Below are positions 37,329 through 49,815 of a stretch of 64,000 nucleotides of DNA, piece by piece (position 1 is the first letter of the stretch; each line of letters starts with the position of its first letter). The DNA comes from Octopus bimaculoides. Taxonomy: Eukaryota. The stretch covers positions 11,867,529 through 11,931,528 of the forward strand of contig NC_069003.1 in NCBI RefSeq assembly GCF_001194135.2, given 5' to 3'. Made by a program: the position numbers and the translations under genes. Below the pieces are notes generated by a model. It was given only the letters and a program-made list of their open reading frames with translations, was not told the origin of the DNA and ran no database searches.

Positions 37329-38285
37329 GTTCAAACAAGAAAAACGACAAAAAAAATGTGAGGACATGATACAGATATTGTGTTACTGGATGCTCAGGAA
37401 AGGAAAGAAAGAGAATTTGACGTTTCAAGTGAAGCTCTTCGTCGGAAATATAGGAAAGTCCAACGAAGGGAAGACAGAGGAAGAAAAAATCATATGCATG
37501 TCTTTGTGTTTGTCCACTACCATCACTGCCACTTGACAACCGGTGTTGGTTTGTTTACATCCCTGTAACTGATTTGGCTAAAGAGACTGATAGAATAAGT
37601 ACTAGACTTAAAGTTTAATAGTTATTCTATATAGTGGTGGTGTTCTGTTCAATTAAAATTCCTCAAGGTAGTGCCCCAGAATGGTCAAAGTCCAGTGACT
37701 GAAACAAATAAAAGATAAGTTTTTTGTGTTGTTGTGACTGAACAAGCCTACAATCAATCATTCCAGCCATGATCATCCTGTCTTTCTCTCAGGCATTGTG
37801 TATTAAGGACTACATGATAGGATGTTTATTTTTTTCAGTAGATTTGACTGCTATTTCTAGCAGCTCAAGTGACTACATATAGGCTCCCTCACTTTTAGGG
37901 AGCACTACTCAATCAGTTCTACACAATTTCTATCTATTTCAAATAAATTTAGGATGATGTTATTGTTATTTAAGCATGCAGAATACATCTTTTATCTTTT
38001 CCTTGTTTCAGTCATTGGGCTGCAGTCATGCTGGGACACCATCTTGAAGGGCTTTAGTTGAACAAATCTACCCCAGTACTTATGTTTTTTTTTTATGTCT
38101 CTTTTTTGCTGAATTGTTATGTTACGGGACATAAGCAAACCAACACTGGTTGGTGACAAATATAGACACAAAAACACATTCACGAAGACATATCTATCTA
38201 TCTACCTATAGGTCGTGCCGATGCATGATGTTCACTCGTTCATGCATGCACAGTTTGCTAGCATAGTCGAATTTACTACTAGAAT

Positions 38286-38344
38286 ACCATACCGATGAAG
38301 GAAATTGAGTATTATCGCTCATAATCCAGAAACGTGTCTCTGAT
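38286..38344 (+). ncRNA. Degenerate Penelope-type hammerhead ribozyme-like motif
   Basis: CCGATGA (38292-38298), imperfect stem II gga.att.gag/ctc.at.aa.tcc, GAAAC-GT-GTC cleavage element; stem I accata/tctgat pairs at only 4 of 6 positions. Confidence 0.4.
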
Positions 38345-39317
38345 TAACTTCGAATGGTTAGTTTTCATTGTTTGTTCTTCTTGTTTTTGCCTTTGTGAGT
38401 TACAAGTAATGCTATTCTGTTGGAGTCTCAGCTTTTTTAGCTCCTATTTCTGAACTTCGGTATGTGGTGAAGCAAATGTTTGCTGATCCCTTAATTATGT
38501 TTATAGAGATAGATAGATAGATAGATAGATAGATATGACAGGCTTCCATACAGTTTCCATCTACCAAATTTAACCACAAGGTATTGGTTGGCCAGAGGTT
38601 ATAGTACAAGACACTTACCCAAAGTACCATTCAGTGGGACTGAACCTGAAACCATGTTCCAAAACGAGTTTCTCAATTACACACCCATGTCTTATAATGT
38701 TCATCTTATATTGTTCGAGTCAACCACAGTTTAGTAACCATTATATATTGCATGTTAAAGGCGGTGAGCTGGCAGAATCCTAACAACATTGGACAAAAGG
38801 CCATGCAGTATTTCTTCTGGCTTTTTTATGTTCTGGTTTAAAATAAAGTACCAGTCAAGTACTGGGATCTATGGTACTAACTCCTTCCCCTCAAAATTGC
38901 TGGCCTTTCCTTATATCAGATACCATGGTATACTTACATTTCACTTCATTGCCATCAACATTTAACGTCTGTCTTCTATGCTGGCATAGATTAGATGGCT
39001 TGACAGGAACTAGCAAGGCCAGGGGAGTACCAAGTTTCATAATCTGTTTTGGCTTGGTTTTTACAACTGGATGCCCTTCCTAATGCCAACCACTTTACAG
39101 TGTACTGGGTGCATTTTACGTGGTACTAATCACCAGTGCTTTTCATGTGGCACGAGCACCCACACAGTGCTTTTTATATAGCACCTTAGTTTTAGAATCT
39201 CAATTCTGTTGTGGTGGGCAGGTCTTCTCGAATACAGCAATGTGCCACATATCTTGGTCCTCTGTTATCTCCTTTGTAAGGCTTGTTAATTGAAGATTTT
39301 TCAGTTCACTATAATAA

Positions 39318-39530
39318 CCCTTTAGCAATTAAACCATCCATAACCAACCCAAATATTCTACCTGTTTTATGTTCAAAATGATCCAGCCTCTTACACCTCC
39401 CCTTCAATGTTATTCTAAAAATATACAATCATATTATTGAAATCCCAAATATACGAGATAATGCAAGATTAATTCAAAACAGTGAATTAATAAGCATTAT
39501 CTTTGACAGAGTAATCTGAATGCTAAAGGG
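39318..39530 (-). mobile_element. piggyBac-like MITE (family of 51754 and 62603)
   Basis: TIRs ccctttagca / tgctaaaggg; flanks ataa and ttaa. Confidence 0.75.
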
Positions 39531-39724
39531 TTAAATATGTGTGACTTTCCTGTAAGGACACTCTGAGTGGTCTCCACAGCATTTCTCACTGGTATGCAAC
39601 TGATTTAGAGAGAAGAAGAAGCAATCCCAATACTTTGTATTTTATGAACCAAAAATATAAACTAAATTTACATGATGACATTTTGATTTACACCTATTTG
39701 TTTGTTACTATTATTTGTTTTGTT

Positions 39725-39955
39725 AAGGTGGTGAGGTGGCAGAATTGTCAGCATGCTGAATGAAATGCTTAGTGGTATTTCACCTGTCACTATGCTCTGA
39801 GTTCAAATTCCACTGAGGTCGACTTTGCCTTTGCCTTTCATCCTTTCGGGATCAATAAATTAAATACTAGTGAAACCCACAAGTCGATGTAATCAACTTG
39901 TCCCTTCCCCTCAAATTTCAGGCCTTGTGCCTATAGTAGAAAGGATTATTATTTA
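39725..39955 (+). mobile_element. SINE family C just upstream of the SYCE2 acceptor
   Basis: Family C head, gagttcaaattcc, body and (ATT)n tail. Confidence 0.8.
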
Positions 39956-40021
39956 TTTGTTTTTTTTTCCCCCACCTTGATTTGAACTTATGCTTGATTC
40001 ACAGTAATTTATTTATAGCAA

Positions 40022-40192
40022 ATGGATTCCTCTGACATTCACGTAAAAGATACTCCAGCCTCAATGTCTTCAATGGACATGATTACCAAAGACTCTATTA
40101 TACAGCAAGCTCAGGAGCTTATCGATGAAGTTAATGACAAGCGTAAACATGACGAACTCTTCAGTGAATATAGAAAGCAATTGGAAAAACAT
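40022..40192 (+). CDS. SYCE2: Synaptonemal complex central element protein 2-like, coding exon (57 codons)
   Basis: MDSS...DSIIQQAQELIDEVNDKRKHDELFSEYRKQLEKH aligns with the SYCE2 core (LQKRAQELIENINKSRQKDHALMTNFRNSLKTK in human, from memory); acceptor-like tttatag at 40018 and phase-0 donor gtaagt at 40193. Confidence 0.8.
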
Positions 40193-40768
40193 GTAAGTTT
40201 ATGTTATTATTTGCTAAGAAAATATTTTTGTCATAGTTAATANNNNNNNNNNNNNNNNNNNNNNNNNNNNNNNNNNNNNNNNNNNNNNNNNNNNNNNNNN
40301 NNNNNNNNNNNNNNNNNNNNNNNNNNNNNNNNNNNNNNNNNNNNNNNNNNNNNNNNNNNNNNNNNNNNNNNNNNNNNNNNNNNNNNNNNNNNNNNNNNNN
40401 NNNNNNNNNNNNNNNNNNNNNNNNNNNNNNNNNNNNNNNNNNNNNNNNNNNNNNNNNNNNNNNNNNNNNNNNNNNNNNNNNNNNNNNNNNNNNNNNNNNN
40501 NNNNNNNNNNNNNNNNNNNNNNNNNNNNNNNNNNNNNNNNNNNNNNNNNNNNNNNNNNNNNNNNNNNNNNNNNNNNNNNNNNNNNNNNNNNNNNNNNNNN
40601 NNNNNNNNNNNNNNNNNNNNNNNNNNNNNNNNNNNNNNNNNNNNNNNNNNNNNNNNNNNNNNNNNNNNNNNNNNNNNNNNNNNNNNNNNNNNNNNNNNNN
40701 NNNNNNNNNNNNNNNNNNNNNNNNNNNNNNNNNNNNNNNNNNNNNNNNNNNNNNNNNNNNNNNNNNNN

Positions 40769-41118
40769 GCTTACGACGTCGAGGGTCCCAGTCGATCCGA
40801 TCAACAGAACAGCCTGCTCGTGAAATTAATGTGCAAGTGGCTGAGCACTCCACAGACACGTGTACCCTTAACGTAGTTCTCGGGGATATTCAGCGTGACA
40901 CAGTGTGACACGGCTGGCCCTTTGAATTACAGGCACAACAGAAACAGGAAGTAAGAGTGAGAGAAAGTTGTGGTGAAAGAGTACAACAGGGTTCGCACCA
41001 TCCCCTGCCGGAGCCTCGTGGAGCTTTAGGTGTTTTCGCTCAATAAACACTCACAATGCCTGGTCTAGGAATCGAAACCGCGAGTCCGCTGCCCTAACCA
41101 CTGGGCCATTGCGCCTCC
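40769..41118 (-). mobile_element. SINE family A in the SYCE2 intron
   Basis: Reverse complement of the 11183 copy. Confidence 0.9.
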
Positions 41119-41475
41119 TGAGGTTGTCTTATATTCCATGACAAAAAGAGTCTTTACTATTCTACATTGTTTTTGTTCATTCAGAGCAAAAGAGAGGGCA
41201 GTTACAGAAAATGAACTAGTCCGAAGGGGAGGAAGAAATGAGAGTATGATGGGAGGAAATGGTGATTGGAATGACACTGAAGAAGAGAAAAAATGAAATG
41301 AGAGATGAAAGAACAATGAAATGAGAAATGAAAGAACAAAGAGTGGAATGAACAAATAAGGGTGAAAGGGCTGATAGACAGAAATAGTTGTACAAGATTT
41401 AGAAAAATGTATACTTACATATAAGAGATAAAGTGTACGTATGCCGCTATATATATATATATATATACATATATG

Positions 41476-42136
41476 AATAATACAAAATGGGACAAGAACG
41501 CAAAACATCCAGTTAAGTGCTCTCTCACATTTCCTTGCCTTCTCTTCTTGCTCACTTTCCCTCCACTTTTCACTTCACTGTGTCCCTGTCATTTTTTCTC
41601 GCCCCTCCTTAATTCTTTTGTCCCTCTACCTCTACCTCTCTCTCTTCTCTTCCCACGTGACCGGCGTTCGGCCAAGCCTGATCTTTCTTTCTTGGCCGGC
41701 CGTTGTCCGTGCAACACCTATATTCCTTCCTGTGCCAGTGAAATCTTGTATCCTTGACGTAAGGCTTTATTTCCACATACGCCAGCTTAATTTAATTCGT
41801 CCTTAGTCGAAAGACACCTGTTGTTATGTCCTGTTATTATTTCTATTGTATTTGTCTAATATTGTTCGTTTTTTTCCGTCCTTCTTTTTGTATACATTCG
41901 CTGCTTTCTTCCAAGGAATCTGATGCTCTTAGCTTAGTTTTTCCTTGGGGCTGGCCAGATTGGGGCAATATCGAGTATAACCAGCCAAAATTGCAAAGAT
42001 AATCTGGATCTTGACTGATGAAAGAAAACTCTGAATGACCCATCCTTGTTTTCTTTGTATCTGGATGTTTTGTTGTCCCTTTCTTGTATCACCTAACTGT
42101 CTGGATGTTTTGCATTCTTGTCCCATTTTGTATTAT

Positions 42137-42137
<1 letters not shown>
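41476..42137. mobile_element. About 660 bp TIR-bounded non-autonomous element of unknown superfamily in a (TA)n tract
   Basis: About 37 bp inverted ends aataatacaaaatgggacaagaa(c/t)gcaaaacatccag; internal part shared with the diverged fragment at about 30250-30480. Confidence 0.7.
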
Positions 42138-42177
<40 letters not shown>

Positions 42178-42196
42178 AAATCTCTGAACGAGGTAT

Positions 42197-42233
<37 letters not shown>

Positions 42234-43074
42234 CTTCTTGTGAGAGCTGATAACATCTCATGGCTATTGTGCTGAACAATGGGCTATACTGGATGTGATC
42301 ATTTGGAAGCTTCTGCATCCTATTATAGGACAAAAACCACTCAACTATATTGATGTTATTGGCAGAGACATGCAACATGAAATTTAGGATCTACCAAAAC
42401 TAACGAGGGTGGGAGGGCAGGATTCCTGGTTGTGACCATTTCAAGAATAAGAAGTAATGAGAAAGAGAGACATTACTAACTGCAGCTATGTTTGATGGTA
42501 GAGAGAGAGAGAGAAAGACTGACAGACAGTGAGTAATAGGTAGTGGTAGAAATATTTGTTAAGAGAATGTGATGGATTTCATGAACAAGGACCCTGAAGG
42601 GAGTGGGAGTAGTGGAGAGTAATAATAGAAGCATGATGTTAATTAGTAAGAGAGAGAGAGAGAGAGTGTGAATAATGAATAATCATGATGGCAATGGTAA
42701 GAGACTGATGGATGCCCCTAAGACAGTGATCTGAGGAAAAGAGAGAGAGAGTGATGACAGATAGTACAGGGAGGGTAAATGGTGGTGGGCTGTATTGGAT
42801 ACCAATAAATTTTATGGAGTATTTCATTACTTAGGCATGTGATGGGGAAGGAAAGAGGGTGGAGAGATAGATGGTAGTAGTGTGTGTTGGGAATTGGTAT
42901 TGATAGATCTAATGTTTCCTTTGATTACACGGGTGACATGGTACAGTTCATAAGATAGGGGTTATAAAAAGAGAGAGAGAAGGGGGGGGGGAAGAGAGTA
43001 TGAAATTGGTAAGAAGGGCAAAAAAGGGAGACTTAACTGGTACAAAATAGGCAAACAGTCTCAGCTGTAGATCA

Positions 43075-43178
43075 TCATCATCATCATCGTTTAACGTCCG
43101 CTTTCCATGCTAGCATGGGTTGGACGATTCGACTGAGGACTGGTGAAACCGGATGGCTACACCAGGCTCCAATCTGAT
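43075..43178 (-). mobile_element. RTE-type LINE 3' end
   Basis: (CAT)n-cgtttaacgtccgctttccatgctagcatgggttggacg. Confidence 0.8.
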
Positions 43179-43359
43179 TGATGTGTATTTTATATCCCAG
43201 CCTTCATTACTCCCATCATTTTAATGTATGTTTCTCCATGGATTGTTTGGGTCTTCTGCACTGCATTCTGCCAGTCATGAAAATGTTGGAAAATGTAATA
43301 AGAAAAATTTATTCTACATAGCGACGCTATGAAAAAGAGAAGAAATTCACATTAACTCT

Positions 43360-44030
43360 TTACTCATTTACTTGTTTCAGTCATTTGACTGCAGCCATGC
43401 TGGAGCACCGCCTTTAGTCAAGCAGATCGACCCCAGGACTTATTCTTTGGAAGCCTAGTACTTATTCTATCGGTCTCTTTTGCCGAACCGCTAAGTTATG
43501 GGGACGTAAACACACCAGCATCGGTTGTCAAGCGATGTTGGGGCGACAAACATATACGCACACATACATACATATATATATANNNNNNNNNNNNNNNNNN
43601 NNNNNNNNNNNNNNNNNNNNNNNNNNNNNNNNNNNNNNNNNNNNNNNNNNNNNNNNNNNNNNNNNNNNNNNNNNNNNNNNNNNNNNNNNNNNNNNNNNNN
43701 NNNNNNNNNNNNNNNNNNNNNNNNNNNNNNNNNNNNNNNNNNNNNNNNNNNNNNNNNNNNNNNNNNNNNNNNNNNNNNNNNNNNNNNNNNNNNNNNNNNN
43801 NNNNNNNNNNNNNNNNNNNNNNNNNNNNNNNNNNNNNNNNNNNNNNNNNNNNNNNNNNNNNATATACGATGGGCTTCTTTCAGTTTCCGTCTACCAAATA
43901 CACTCACACGGTTTTGGTCGGCCCGAGGCTATAGTAGAAAACACTTGCCCAAGGTGCCATGCAGTGGGACTGAACCCGGAACCATGTGGTTGGTAAGCAA
44001 GCTACTTACCACACAGCCACTCCCGCGCCT
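43360..44030 (-). mobile_element. SINE family B spanning a gap
   Basis: Tail before the gap and head after it. Confidence 0.85.
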
Positions 44031-44149
44031 ATAGAATAATTAACCCTTTCATTACCATATTTCTGTTGAAATACATTGCCTTTGTTTCAATGAATTTTGA
44101 AAATCATTTCTTTTTTCGACACTCTGTCTGTTATAATGACAAGGGTTAC

Positions 44150-44400
44150 AGTTGGTCCGATCAATGGAACAGCCTGCTCATGAAATTAATGCGTGAGTGG
44201 CTGAGCACTCCACAGTCATGTGTACCCTTAATGTAGTCTTCAGGGAGATTCAGCATGACACAGAATGTGACAAGGCTGATTCTTTGAAATACAGGTACAA
44301 CTCATTTTTGCCAGCTGAGAGGATTAGAGCAATGTGAAGTAAAGTGTCTTGCTTAAGGACACAATGTGCTGTCAAGAATTGAACTCACAACCTTATGATT
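44150..44400 (-). mobile_element. SINE sharing the family A 3' tail but with a different 5' body
   Basis: ccgatcaatggaacagcctgctcatgaaattaatgcgtgagtggctgagcactccacag matches the family A tail; the body (gagcaatgtgaagtaaagtgtcttgc) matches the fragment at about 10985-11110. Confidence 0.55.
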
Positions 44401-44815
44401 TATTCTTTTACTCTTTTACTTGTTTCAGTCATTTGACTGCGGCCATGGTGGAGCACCGCCTTTAGTTGAATCAAATCGACCCCAGGACTCATTCTTTGTA
44501 AGCCTAGTACTTATTCTATCAGTCTCTTTTGCCGAACCGCTAAGTTACGGGGACGTAAACACACCAGCATCGGTTGGCAAGTGATGTTGGGGGGACAAAC
44601 ACAGATACACAACATATACACACACATACATACATATATATACATATATACGATGGGCTTCTTTCAGTTTCCGTTTACCAAATCTACTCACAAGGCTTTG
44701 GTCGGCCCGAGGCTATAGTAGAAGACACTTGCCCAAGGTGCCACGAAGTGGGACTGAACCCGGAACCATGTGGTTGGTCGGCAAGCTACTTACCACACAG
44801 CCACTCCTGCGCCTG
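44400..44815 (-). mobile_element. SINE family B, full-length, young
   Basis: Close to family consensus with CpGs retained. Confidence 0.9.
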
Positions 44816-46531
44816 TGAACCAAATACACTAACCACTAAGCCACACGCCTTCAAATTCTTGCAGAATTTAGTAAAATCACTTAGTCATTATTAAGCTGGA
44901 GTCTGGGATGTTAATTAACCTGAAGTTTGAGTGAAATGTTTTAATTTAGATCAGTTTAAAACAAAAAGTTTCTATCACAGATCTAGAGGCAGTCTCAGGT
45001 GGGTTGATATCAAAAGTGTTAATGTTTATCAAGTCTGTTTTCTGTCACTTCTGTTTTGATTGAATTAATTAAATAGCAAGAATTCAAGATTTGGTGTTGT
45101 GCATAGCTGACTTGTTTTTTGTGGTGAAATTAATGGCTATACTGATGAAAAATGGAATAAAAAAAAAAAAAAATAATGAATCCGTTTCAAACAAAGAATA
45201 ATGCAATAACCTTAAATTACTGGAATGTTTTGCGTGACATGTTAGTTGTTATTTTGTGTTGTTGTTGAAGTAACCATCAATAGTTTAGAGTAGGGATATC
45301 AGCAAGTTCTGTCAGTAATGACCCACTTGAGTTTTTTTTCCCCTTTTTGCAATGATATTTTGTTACACGAAAGCCAGGTTATACAAGACAGTAACAGCAT
45401 GTGTTATTGTAGAACAGTAAATGTTGTTAGTGAATGCATTAGATCTATTTAAAAGGCTGTGGAATGATGATTATTCTGTTTGGCAATACTAGAGCACACT
45501 TTAACATTTGAACAAATCCACCCTAGTATTTTTTTTATTTTTTTAAAGTCTGGTTCTTATTCTATTGCTCTTTATTGATGAACTGCTATGCTAAATTATG
45601 GAGACATGCAGAAACCAACACTGATTGTCAAGTAGTTGTGGACACACACACACACACACACACACATACACAATGAGCTTCATTCCATCTACCAGATCTG
45701 TTCACAAGGCTTTGGTTGTTTCGGTGCTTTTAGTAGAAGGGACTCACCCAAGGTGCTGTGCACTGCCACCGAACCTGAAGCCATGTGGTTGCAAAGCACA
45801 CTTCTAATCCACACAGCCTTGAAAGAGAAGTTGTGTTATGGAAAAAAATTAAAGAATTGCCTTGAATTATTGAGATCTATGTAATGACATTTAACTGAAG
45901 CAAGCATAAGATAATTTAAAATGTAGTTAGACTTGAAAGCAAAACCAGCTTGAGAGATGTTTGATGTATTGTCCATGACAAAAACAGATGGATTTGTCAT
46001 CATTTTAATGCCCACCTCTCCATGATTGCATGGGTTGGACAGAGTTTTTTGAGGCAGATGCTCTTCCTGTCACCAAACCATCTGTTTCCCTAGCAAGATA
46101 TTTCCTTCATTGCTAGACTTCTGAATGCAGAATGTTGGACATGAATTGCATGATGGTGACACTCCTTTACCATTGTTACACAACATCAAGACAAGGAGAT
46201 GCAAACATTACATACTCACACACACACATACACATATGTAAAGGTAAGATCCAAAGATTATAGTGTAGGAAGTTAGTGAGCTTCAAGTAATCCGTAGAAG
46301 ATATTAGAAAAAAGCTACCCTTGGTCTGAAGAGTATCTTGTGGTCTACCCCTCGTTTGGATAATTTACTACTTCCAAGGTTCTGCTAGCTATGAAACATG
46401 TAGCCTGGATTTTATCTACTCCATTCCTTAGTTTTTGGATATGGCTGAGATGAACAAACTATATTTATCTTGAAGATAAGTATGAACATTTGTATATGCA
46501 CTGTGGATACATTGTGTTCGTATGGTATGTC

Positions 46532-46895
46532 ATCATCATCATCATCATCGTTTAATGTCCACTTTCCATGCTAGCATGGGTTGGACGATTTGACTGAGGA
46601 CTGGCGAACCAGATGGCTACACCAGGATCCAATCTGATTTGGCAGAGTTTCTTCAGCTGGATGCCCTTCCTAACACCAACCACTCCGAGAGTGTAGTGGG
46701 TGCTTTTACGTGCCACCGGCACAAAGGCCAGTCAGGCGGTACTGGCAACGGCCACGCTCAAAATGGTGTATTTTACGTGCCAACTGCACAGTCCAGTGGC
46801 ACTGGCAACGATCTCGCTTGAATGACTTTTCACGTGCCACGAAGGCGACACTGGTAACGATCACGCTCGAATGGTGCTCTTAGTGCTCCACTGAT
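46532..46895 (-). mobile_element. RTE-type LINE 3'UTR fragment
   Basis: (CAT)n tail plus the 3'UTR shared with 15512-15731. Confidence 0.8.
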
Positions 46896-47767
46896 ACAGG
46901 TAAATGTTTATAATCATGTGCTTTAGGTTATGTCATACTGAGGACAGTAAAGTGGTATTCCATCACTAAACCAGAAATCAATCTATGGCTAAACTTAAAA
47001 AATAAAAATCTTTGTTCATTCCCTTGTTTTCAGCCCATGTCTATGTAATAAAGTAGTTATAGAGCCATTTGGCATCTTCTTCTAGCATGTGGCATTACTC
47101 AGTAGTTGCCTTATTATAATTTTATAATTATATTTATAAAATTGAATACTTTGTATTAATTTTTACCTAAATTGGTTTTTACATGCTAGCTACTTGACAA
47201 AATCCTATATAGATTTTATCCTTGATTATAATTGATATATATATATATANNNNNNNNNNNNNNNNNNNNNNNNNNNNNNNNNNNNNNNNNNNNNNNNNNN
47301 NNNNNAATTAATAAGTCTTAGGGTAGCAAAAATTAAGAAATTTAATTTTACTACCAGTGGTGTAGCGAAAAAAAAATTAGTCGACAGACTATATATTATT
47401 CATGTAAAATACAGTGTACATTTAATACACATTAGAGATGCCCATAAAAGGACATCTAATGATAGTTGGCCTTGCCAAATAGTTTGTTTTGCTAAAATAA
47501 CTTGAAACCTGGTTCGAAATATAGATGGTAAATGTTTTTATTTTTCATTCCTTTCGAAATTATCTCTAATTTTGTGGTGTAGAGCTTTGGCTGCTCTTAT
47601 ATATATATATATATGACAGGCTTCTTTCAGTTTCCATCTACCAAATCCAATCACAAGGCCCTAGTTGACCTGGGGCTATAGTAGAATACATTTGCCCAAG
47701 GTGCCACACAGTGGAACTAAATACAAAACCATGTGGCTGGTCTTAACCACATAGCCTTGCCTGCTCC

Positions 47768-48170
47768 TCATCATCATCGTCATTTAACGTCCGCTTTCCA
47801 TGCTAGCATGGGTTGGACGATTTGACTGAGGACTGGTGAAACCAGATGGCTACACCAGGCTCCAATCTGATTTGGCAGAGTTTCTACGGCTGGATGCCCT
47901 TCCTAACGCCAACGACTCAGAGACTGTAGTGGGTGCTTTTACGTGTCACCCGCAACGGAGGCCAGTCAGGCGATACTGGCAATGGCCACGCTCAAGATGG
48001 TGTATTTTATGTGCCACCTGCACAAGAGCCAGTCCAGAGGCACTGGCAACAATCTCGCTCGAAAATCCTACGAAGGCCAGTCAGGCGGTACTGGCAACGG
48101 CCACGCTCAAAATGGTGTATTTTATGTGCCACCCGCACAAGAGCCAGTCCAGGGCAACGATCTCGCTAAA
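47768..48170 (-). mobile_element. RTE-type LINE 3'UTR fragment with about 115 bp internal tandem duplication
   Basis: Unit ggccagtcaggcg.tactggcaa.ggccacgctcaa.atggtgtattttatgtgccacc.gcacaagagccagtccag occurs twice. Confidence 0.8.
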
Positions 48171-48431
48171 CAAATTTGAAAGTAATGTTAAATCTCTGAA
48201 CGAGGTATAAACAGTAACTGCACGACAACGTGAAGTATATTTGCCACTTAAATGCTGCTAAACCCTAAGGGTGAATGCTACTGTTGCTTTTAGATGTTCA
48301 GCTGGAGGAAATTTGAAAGTGATGTATGAAAATTATACCACATTATAACCTCTGTTGTAATATTGATACACAGATGTTTATTTTGCCATATTACCTTTGA
48401 CTTTGGTTTGTATTTGGATACCATTTTCCAG

Positions 48432-48641
48432 GTTGAAAAGCGATGCATCACAGCACAACAGCAAATGGTAGCCATGTATGAGGAACACGGTAGGCTTATG
48501 GAAGAGAAGCTAAAGAAATTGTTTAGCTGTTTAGACCGTGTTGGAAAAGCTGAGTCCGAGCTTATGGCATTCAAGCAATCACTAGCTATGTTATACCAAG
48601 AAATGCAACTAGACATTGATAAAATCAAGACTTCCACCTAA
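48432..48641 (+). CDS. SYCE2: SYCE2-like terminal coding exon (69 codons + stop)
   Basis: Acceptor ccattttccag|G, phase 0. VEKRCITAQQQMVAMYEEHGRLMEEKLKKLFSCLDRVGKAESELMAFKQSLAMLYQEM aligns with the SYCE2 coiled coil (VSDLTEKLEERIYQIYNDHNKIIQEKLQEF...HLETELKQVCHSVETVYKDL). Followed by an AT-rich 3'UTR-like stretch. Confidence 0.8.
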   Translation, partial: VEKRCITAQQQMVAMYEEHGRLMEEKLKKLFSCLDRVGKAESELMAFKQSLAMLYQEMQLDIDKIKTST

Positions 48642-49497
48642 ATTTAACAACAAACATATCATTTCCTATTTATCATTTATTTATTGTTCATTTCATTCAC
48701 ATTTTTCAACATTGTTTCTTGTTGCGTTTTTATTCATTTGTTATATTCTTTTGTTTTTGCCTATTTTACAACATTAAAATGAAATATATTTTTTTAAACA
48801 AAAAGAAATTCATCTTGTATTTACATTCTAAAGTATTTTTCTGCTCCATTGCATAGAAATAGAAAATGTTTGTGTTTCAAAATTAAATTTTTTTAAGTTA
48901 AAGAAAAAAAAAATGTTTGATTTCATTTTAAGAATTTCAATCTAAAGTTTAATAACAAAAAAAAAAAATGTTCACTATCATTTGTTGAGGAATTGGTTAT
49001 CCATATTAATGAAAATACTATGGTGCCAAGGTGACAAAATCATTAGTGTGCCAGGAGAAATGCTCAATGGTATATCTTCCAGCTCTACATTCTGAGTTCA
49101 AATTCCGCCAAAGTCCACTTTCAGGGTCAATAAAATAAGTACCAGCCAAAGACTGGGGTCAATGTAACTNNNNNNNNNNNNNNNNNNNNNNNNNNNNNNN
49201 NNNNNNNNNNNNNNNNNNNNNNNNNNNNNNNNNNNNNNNNNNNNNNNNNNNNNNNNNNNNNNNNNNNNNNNNNNNNNNNNNNNNNNNNNNNNNNNNNNNN
49301 NNNNNNNNNNNNNNNNNNNNNNNNNNNNNNNNNNNNNNNNNNNNNNNNNNNNNNNNNNNNNNNNNNNNNNNNNNNNNNNNNNNNNNNNNNNNNNNNNNNN
49401 NNNNNNNNNNNNNNNNNNNNNNNNNNNNNNNNNNNNNNNNNNNNNNNNNNNNNNNNNNNNNNNNNNNNNNNNNNNNNNNNNNNNNNNNNNNNNNNNN

Positions 49498-49815
49498 TTC
49501 ATTTTATTAAGCACATGAAAAGACATTCGAGCGAAGTCGTTGCCAGTGCCACTGGACTGGCTCCTGTGCAGGTGGCACGTAAAATACACCATTTTGAGCG
49601 TGGCCGTAGTCAGTACCGCCTGACTGACCTTCGTGCCGGTGGCACGTAAAAGCACCCACTACACTCTCTGAGTGGTTGGCGTTAGGAAGGGCATCCAGCT
49701 GTAGAAACTCTGCCAAATCAGATTGGAGCCTGGTGTAGCCATCTGGTTCACCAGTCTTCAGTCAAATCGTCCAACCCATGCTAGCATGGAAAGCGGATGT
49801 TAAACAATGATGATA
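49498..49815 (+). mobile_element. RTE-type LINE 3'UTR fragment
   Basis: Ends ccaacccatgctagcatggaaagcggatgttaaacaatgatgat. Confidence 0.8.

Noticed and set aside
42005-42045. CTGATGA...GAA motif here and CTGAGGA-CAG ACGG CTG-CGAA at about 30431, resembling hammerhead cores
   Set aside because: Position 15.1 is T, there is an extra nucleotide around stem II, and no stem III/NUH or stem I can be formed.
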